DNA of 20,197 bases from an uncultured Solirubrobacteraceae bacterium (GTDB lineage: Bacteria > Actinomycetota > Thermoleophilia > Solirubrobacterales > Solirubrobacteraceae). The stretch is from the NCBI GenBank assembly GCA_964588985.1, contig CAZPQW010000038.1, positions 1 to 20,197 of the forward strand. The letters are read 5' to 3'. The translations under genes and the position numbers were made by a program. How positions within the stretch are numbered: position 1 is the stretch's first letter; the number at the start of each line of letters is the position of its first letter. Below the pieces are notes generated by a model that searched no databases, was not told the DNA's origin, and was given only the letters and a program-made list of their open reading frames with translations. Below are positions 15,063 to 20,197 of the stretch, piece by piece.

Positions 15063-16387
15063 TCCTCGATCACCCTAGCCGCGAGCGAGCCGTCGGCGAA
15101 CCGCAGCCGCAGCTCCCGCGCCGCGCGCGCGTCCGCCGCGGTCAGGATCGGCTCGCCGTGTGGCGACTGCGCGAGCACGTAGCCGCGCTCGAGTGTGCGC
15201 TGCGGGTCGTGGCTTGCGAGCGCCAGCGCGAGGCGTTCCAGCTCGCGTGGGCGGCGCTCGCGACAGTCCAGCAGCGAGGAGGAGGCCTTGCGCTGCAGCA
15301 CGACCGCGCGCCGCGCGGTCAGCCCGCGCTCGGAGTCGATGCGCCGGCGGACGCCCGCGCGGATCTCGCGCAGCTGCTGGTGCAGGCGGGTGCGCTGGCG
15401 CTCCAGGTGGGCTGAGGGCGCGCGCGAGAGGCTCGCGAGCTGGCGGGCACGCGAGAGCACAGCCCGCCGGCCGTGGTCGCGCAGACGCCTCGCCGTCGCG
15501 GCCTGCGCGGCCCGGGCGAGTCGGCAGTCGACGCCGACGGCGGCCTCCGCGGCGTGGGTCGGCGTTGAGCAGCTCACGGCAGCCACGTCGTCGAGCAGCG
15601 TGCGGTCGGTGTGATGCCCCACCGAAGCGATCACCGGCACGCCGAGCAGTGCGACGGTGCGGCAGAGCGTCTCGTCGCAGAAGCACAGCAGGTCCGCGAG
15701 CGAGCCGCCGCCGCGAGCCACGATCACCACGTCGACATCCGCCACCGCGGCGAGGTCGCCGAGCGCGCGCACGATCGCGGGCGCGGCGTGGCGGTCCTGC
15801 ACCGGAGTAAACGCCCACACCAGCCGCCCCGCCCAGCCGCGACGCCCGAGTCCCGCGAGCACGTCGTCGCGCGCCTTGCCGCCCTCGCCGGTGATAACGC
15901 CGATCGAGCGCGGCAGCACCGGCATCTCGAGGCGCTTCTGCGGCTCCAGCAGGCCCTCCGCGTCGAGCTGCCTGCGCAGGCGCTCGATCCGCGCCAGCAG
16001 GTCGCCCTCGCCGGCGACGCGCAGATCCTTGACGGCGAAGGAGAAGCTGGGGGAGGAGGTGGAGCTGCCGGTGTAGTAGTCGCAGCCGCCCGCCACCACC
16101 ACCTGCATCCCCTCCGCCGGAGCGCCACCGCCGCGGGCGATCATCGCCTCCCAATCCTGGCGCCACGCGCTGCACGGGATCGCGCCGCTAGCGTCGCGCA
16201 GCTCGAAGTAGACGCGCGCTCGCGACGGGCGCAGGTTGACCATCTCGCCCATCAGCTGGACGTGGGTGAAGGAGCGCAGCTTCGAGCGCAGCGCCGCGGC
16301 GTACTCGCCGACCGGATAGGGCCCCGCGAGCGCGCTGTCCGGGATACCCGAGCCCTCGGCCGGCGCGGGGGAGGAGAGCGTGGACAC
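15059..16387 (-). CDS. xseA: Exodeoxyribonuclease VII large subunit
   Basis: OB fold GE..YFELRD, IGVIT, ARGGGSLADL, SVGH..D.TLLD.VA, TPT.AAE, PQRTLERGY. TATCCT -10 at 16394-16399 favours the third GTG (16387) over 16393. Confidence 0.95.
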   Translation of the reverse strand: MSTLSSPAPAEGSGIPDSALAGPYPVGEYAAALRSKLRSFTHVQLMGEMVNLRPSRARVYFELRDASGAIPCSAWRQDWEAMIARGGGAPAEGMQVVVAGGCDYYTGSSTSSPSFSFAVKDLRVAGEGDLLARIERLRRQLDAEGLLEPQKRLEMPVLPRSIGVITGEGGKARDDVLAGLGRRGWAGRLVWAFTPVQDRHAAPAIVRALGDLAAVADVDVVIVARGGGSLADLLCFCDETLCRTVALLGVPVIASVGHHTDRTLLDDVAAVSCSTPTHAAEAAVGVDCRLARAAQAATARRLRDHGRRAVLSRARQLASLSRAPSAHLERQRTRLHQQLREIRAGVRRRIDSERGLTARRAVVLQRKASSSLLDCRERRPRELERLALALASHDPQRTLERGYVLAQSPHGEPILTAADARAARELRLRFADGSLAARVIEE

Positions 16388-16483
16388 CACCACAGGATAG
16401 GCGCCGATCCCGACACGCCCCAGGCGCTACGATCGACGGCGATGCGGCGCGGCGAACCTCGGCCTGGCACCTGAGCGGACGCC

Positions 16484-17056
16484 GTGGCCAAGCGCAACCC
16501 CGGCCGCGCGGGACGCTCGCGCAAGCGGCGCCCGGCGGCGCGATCCACATCCCCGGCGACGCCCGCCGCTGAGCAGCCTCCCGCGAAGAGCGCCCGTCGC
16601 GCGCGTGACCGCGAGTCCGCCGCGTCCTCCTACAAAGCGCCGATGTCGGTCGGCGAGCGCCCGCAGGCGCCGTGGCATCCGCTGCCGCTGTCGGAGCTGC
16701 TGATCCTCGTGGGTGGGATCGGCACGGTGATCGCGCTGGGGCGCGGCGAAGTGAAGACCGGCGGCGCGGCGCTGTTCGCGAGCCTCGGGGCGGTGGCGAT
16801 CGGGACGATCGAGGTGACGCTGCGCGAGCACCTGAGCGGCTACCGCTCGCACACGACGATCCTCGCGCTGCTGCCGACGATCGTGTTCCACTCGGTCGTG
16901 GTGCTCTCGCTCGCGGCGTTCGTCCAGCTGCCGCGCCTGGCGACGACGGGGATGCTGATTCTCGACGTGGCGCTTTTCGCGTTCCTGTTCAAACTGCTGC
17001 GCGCACGCTTCCTGGACGCCCGCCGCGAGCGGACGTTCGCCGCCGGGCGGCGCTAG
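16484..17056 (+). CDS. Hypothetical membrane protein (about 4 TM helices) with basic N-terminal tail
   Basis: Four hydrophobic segments after GERPQAPWHPLPLSE. Confidence 0.8.
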   Translation: MAKRNPGRAGRSRKRRPAARSTSPATPAAEQPPAKSARRARDRESAASSYKAPMSVGERPQAPWHPLPLSELLILVGGIGTVIALGRGEVKTGGAALFASLGAVAIGTIEVTLREHLSGYRSHTTILALLPTIVFHSVVVLSLAAFVQLPRLATTGMLILDVALFAFLFKLLRARFLDARRERTFAAGRR

Positions 17057-17066
17057 CGCTCGCGCC

Positions 17067-17357
17067 TCAGGCCGCGGTGGTTGAGGGTGCGACGCTGAGC
17101 GAGGGCAGCGGGCGCTCGCCGGAGGCGGCGGCCTCGCCGCGGTTCTCGCCGCTCACGCCGAGCTGCTGCAGACGTGCGATCTCGCGCTCGCCTTCGACTC
17201 GCGCGGGGTGGTCGGCGGGAAGATCGGCGATGAGCTTGGCGATGCGGTTGCGCAGTTGCAGTGCGAAGTGCGGCGTGGAGGCGCCCATCAGCCGGCGCAC
17301 GTCCTCGACGGTCGCCTCTTGGGCGTTCAGGCGGCGGGGGTCTTCGGCTTGGCTCAC
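17067..17357 (-). CDS. Hypothetical protein, 96 aa
   Basis: AGGA SD, 7-nt gap from the upstream lipoprotein gene, helical protein-like sequence. Confidence 0.75.
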   Translation of the reverse strand: MSQAEDPRRLNAQEATVEDVRRLMGASTPHFALQLRNRIAKLIADLPADHPARVEGEREIARLQQLGVSGENRGEAAASGERPLPSLSVAPSTTAA

Positions 17358-17364
17358 GGTGGTC

Positions 17365-18612
17365 CTATTCGGCTGGCGAGACGGTCGGTTCTTCAGACGA
17401 TTCTTGCGGGCCGCTGCTCTCGGTGATCTCCAGCACCGAGTCCAGTTCGGCCTGTGTCGCGGCTGAGATGGCGCGTTCGTCGCCGATCAGCCAGCCGTGA
17501 TTGTAGATGCCCTTCACCGGCGGCGAGGTGGCGCTGTAGCCCGGCTGGATGTCGCCCAGATAGCCGGACAAAGCGGACGGGATCTGGGTCGGCGCTTCGA
17601 GCAGCAGCAGCGGGCCGTAGTCGCCGGTGGCGGACAGCATCGCCGCGGCGGGGGCGTCGAGCGGGCGGGCGGCGTTGGCGAACACGAGTCCGTGGCCGGG
17701 TTCTTTGACGCCCCAGCCGAACGTGCCATTGGTGAAGCGCGCGACCGCGACCGCGTTCGCGGCCACACCCGTGCCTTCGCTCGAGGAGGGAGCGATCTGG
17801 GTGACGGCGCCGTAGTGGCCGAGCTCGTCCAGCGCAGTGCGACTCACCGCGGCCGGGTCGATCACGTAGATCGACGGGCGGTGCATGCTCGCGAGCACGT
17901 GCGCGGTCGCGGCCGGCACCCGCCCCGGGGTGACGAACAGAATCGGCGCGCCGCTCTCCGCCGAGAGACCGGCAGCCGGCATTGTCAGCGCGCGCGGCGC
18001 GCTCGCCGAGACGACGATCGCCTGGTGGGGAGCCTTTCCGCCGTTGGCGCTCACGAGCAGCCGCTCGATCGTCTGCGCCATCACGGCGGGCGTGGCGGTG
18101 GGGAGCGAGTGGAGCAGGATCCCGGGCGGGACGGCCGCCGCTGTCCCGATGCGGATCACCTGCGCGCCGCCGAGGGCGTTTGCGCCGAACGGCGCGAGGG
18201 TGTGCAGCGTCTTCGACGTGACTTCGGGCAGCGAATCGCCTTCGGCGTACAGGAGCGGCGCGCTCAGCGGTGCGCTCGCGAGCGAGGAGGCGGCGAGCGC
18301 GGCGGGCCAGTTGTGCTCGTCCACGAGCACGACCGTCTGCGGGCGCGTGGCGGTCGTCAGGCCGGGGTAGGCGGTGCGCGCTACGCCAGCCGCGTCGCTG
18401 GCGACGTCGGCACCGCCCACACGCGTGGTGTTGCGCGTGGCCACGCTCACGGCGCCCTCGGGGGTGATGGGGGCGAGCGTGCGCTGTGGGCCGCCGCTGG
18501 AGGTCTGCACGGGGGCGCCTCCCTTGCCGCAGCCCCCCAGCAGCGCGCCGGCGAGAACCGCCAGCCCGAGCGCGATCGCGGAGACGGGCAGGCGAGGCGA
18601 GGCGAGGCGCAT
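17365..18612 (-). CDS. Lipoprotein with cell-wall-binding-repeat-2-like segments, ~415 aa
   Basis: Lipobox LGGC. Three segments end in APLLY / APILF / GPLLL, with RVGGAD and DAPAAA motifs. TAGGGT 8 nt before ATG 18612 supports this start. Confidence 0.8.
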   Translation of the reverse strand: MRLASPRLPVSAIALGLAVLAGALLGGCGKGGAPVQTSSGGPQRTLAPITPEGAVSVATRNTTRVGGADVASDAAGVARTAYPGLTTATRPQTVVLVDEHNWPAALAASSLASAPLSAPLLYAEGDSLPEVTSKTLHTLAPFGANALGGAQVIRIGTAAAVPPGILLHSLPTATPAVMAQTIERLLVSANGGKAPHQAIVVSASAPRALTMPAAGLSAESGAPILFVTPGRVPAATAHVLASMHRPSIYVIDPAAVSRTALDELGHYGAVTQIAPSSSEGTGVAANAVAVARFTNGTFGWGVKEPGHGLVFANAARPLDAPAAAMLSATGDYGPLLLLEAPTQIPSALSGYLGDIQPGYSATSPPVKGIYNHGWLIGDERAISAATQAELDSVLEITESSGPQESSEEPTVSPAE

Positions 18613-18696
18613 TGAGGAGGACCCTATCGACCGCATCGGAGCGCGAAAAAGCATGCAAGCGCTGCAACCGTCCTTGCACTTTGCTAGCGTGCCGTC

Positions 18697-18828
18697 CCGT
18701 AAGCCGAGTCCTTGGCTAGATGCCAGGGAACGGGGGACCCGAGTTGTTGGGGCGAATCCCGCGGTAGGACCGTGAGAAGCGCAGGCTCTTTCAGCGCTAG
18801 CCCGTCAGCTAACCCCGCAGGCCAACGA
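18697..18828 (+). promoter_or_regulatory. c-di-AMP (ydaO/yuaA) riboswitch
   Basis: Consensus blocks GCCGAGTCC, GGAACGGGGGACCC, TTGGGGCGAATC, GTAGG and CCCGTCAGCTAACCCCGCAGGC; -10 TAGCGT at 18685-18690; lies upstream of a cell-wall hydrolase. Confidence 0.93.
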
Positions 18829-18842
18829 AAGAGGTTGTCGTT

Positions 18843-19616
18843 TTGCGGGCACGTTCCGTTTTTGCGGGTTGTTGCAGCTTGATAGTCGTGGCGATGGGGG
18901 CGCCCAGCGCGCTGGCCGCCAATACCGGAGGCGCATCGGCGTCGGCTGGCGGAGCTCCCGCCACCACGAAGCTCGCCGCGCCGCGGCTTCATCTGATGCC
19001 GGTGACGTCGCACTCGACGAACCTCGCCTACTCCGGCCCCGTCTACATGAAGACGACCGCCGGCGAAGTGGTCCCGTACGCGCCGGTCGCATCGGCGGGC
19101 TCGGTCACAACCACGGCTGCCGCGACCATGACCGGTGGCAGCCCCGTCGCCGCGCCGGCGCCCGTCGCTCCCGCGAAGCCCGAGCTGCTCGTCCCCGGCA
19201 CGCGCGCCCGCTACGTGAACGGCATCGCCGCCGCGCCGATGTCCGCACCCGCGGTCGTGCAGCAGATCGTCTGGTCCGGGGATCAGATCATCGGCCTTCC
19301 CTACATCTACGGCGGCGGCCACGCCTCGTTCACGTCCCCCGGCTACGACTGCTCCGGCACGGTGTCCTTCGCACTGCACGGCGCGAGCCTGCTGAGCACG
19401 CCCGAGGACTCCTCGGAATTCGAAAAATGGGGCTCGCACGGCATCGGCCGCTGGGTGACGATCTTCTCCAACCCCGGTCACGCCTACATGACGGTCGCCG
19501 GGCTGCGCCTCGACACGAGCTCGGCGGACGATCCGTCGAATCAGCAGGGGCCGCGCTGGCGTCCGCTGCGCCCGGCCAACGGCGGATTCGTCGTTCGCCA
19601 CCCGCTCGGTCTCTGA
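18843..19616 (+). CDS. Secreted NlpC/P60-like peptidoglycan endopeptidase
   Basis: Signal peptide (APSALA), PYIYGGGH, YDCSGTVS (catalytic Cys), GHAYM; SD AAAGAGG before TTG. Confidence 0.88.
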   Translation: MRARSVFAGCCSLIVVAMGAPSALAANTGGASASAGGAPATTKLAAPRLHLMPVTSHSTNLAYSGPVYMKTTAGEVVPYAPVASAGSVTTTAAATMTGGSPVAAPAPVAPAKPELLVPGTRARYVNGIAAAPMSAPAVVQQIVWSGDQIIGLPYIYGGGHASFTSPGYDCSGTVSFALHGASLLSTPEDSSEFEKWGSHGIGRWVTIFSNPGHAYMTVAGLRLDTSSADDPSNQQGPRWRPLRPANGGFVVRHPLGL

Positions 19617-19730
19617 GCACCGCCTCGCATCCGCGATTCATACGGACCGCGAGCCTTCCGCGTCGGCTACGCTTGAAGTCGTTCGGCCGAGTCCAGATCG
19701 GCCCCAGTTGAAAAGCAATAGGAGGATCAG

Positions 19731-20197
19731 ATGGCCGGCCTGACCGGGCGCATGTCGACAGTCGTGAAGGCCAAGGTCTCCAAACTGCTGGATCGGGCCG
19801 AAGATCCAGCCGAGACCCTGGACTACAGCTACCAGAAGCAGGTCGAACAGCTCCAGAACGTGAAGAAGGGCATCGCCGACGTGGTTACGGCGAAGAAGCG
19901 CCTGCAGATGCAGGAGAGCTCGCTGCAGCAGAGCGTCGTGAAGCTCGACACGCAGGCGCGCCAGGCGCTCGCATCCGGTAAGGAGGATCTCGCCCGCACC
20001 GCGCTCGAACGCAAGAACGTCGCCCAGACGGAGCTGCAAGGCCTCGACACGCAGGTGGCGGAACTCGAGGATCAGCAGCAGAAGCTGACCGACTCCGAGC
20101 AGAAACTGCGCGCGAAGATCGAAGCATTCCGCACCAAGAAGGAGGTCATCAAGGCGCAGTACTCCGCCGCGGAGGCCCAGGTGCGGATCTCCGAGGC
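19731..20197 (+). CDS. pspA: PspA/IM30 family protein, truncated by the window end
   Basis: Own translation MAGLTGRMSTVVKAKVSKLLDRAEDPAETLDYSYQKQ...GKEDLARTALERK; SD AGGAGG. Missing from the ORF track because no stop is in the window. Confidence 0.92.
   Translation, partial: MAGLTGRMSTVVKAKVSKLLDRAEDPAETLDYSYQKQVEQLQNVKKGIADVVTAKKRLQMQESSLQQSVVKLDTQARQALASGKEDLARTALERKNVAQTELQGLDTQVAELEDQQQKLTDSEQKLRAKIEAFRTKKEVIKAQYSAAEAQVRISE

Noticed and set aside
16442-16483. ATG-initiated MRRGEPRPGT with an in-frame TGA before the 16484 gene (selenocysteine or readthrough)
   Set aside because: No SECIS-like hairpin or redox context. More likely a chance short uORF or untranslated leader.
2546-20127. 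Numerous long alternative-frame or antisense ORFs in the track (e.g. 2546-3448, 8304-9770, 10879-11949, 13741-15078, 17393-18679, 19638-20039)
   Set aside because: Shadow ORFs typical of high-GC DNA. They overlap well-supported genes and have Arg/Ala/Pro-biased, motif-free translations.

Overview
GC-rich actinobacterial DNA. Gene content and the frequent leaderless TAnnnT promoters suggest Thermoleophilia/Solirubrobacterales (inference). Bases 1-~4176 are the end of an integrated phage-like element. It carries a translationally coupled minus-strand run of seven small genes, a catalytic-domain-only tyrosine recombinase with a highly structured upstream region, and a hypothetical gene. It ends exactly at an orphan 5' half of a tRNA gene (4177-4208, minus strand) that breaks at the anticodon loop. 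The rest is host backbone: PlsC-type acyltransferase, ECF sigma plus a small partner, rhomboid protease, BtuF-like binding protein, pterin carbinolamine dehydratase, CNNM/CorC-family protein, divergent 3-hydroxyacyl-CoA dehydrogenase and thiolase, a secreted peptidoglycan-binding hydrolase, xseA-xseB-enolase-like operon, hypothetical proteins, a lipoprotein, a c-di-AMP riboswitch with an NlpC/P60 gene, and a partial PspA/IM30. The most notable signals absent from the ORF track are: an acidic 19-aa leader ORF coupled to the CorC-type gene (possible Mg2+-sensing leader), the 5'-half tRNA attachment site, a kissing-loop RNA structure before the recombinase, and a C-rich-loop (6C-like) sRNA candidate.
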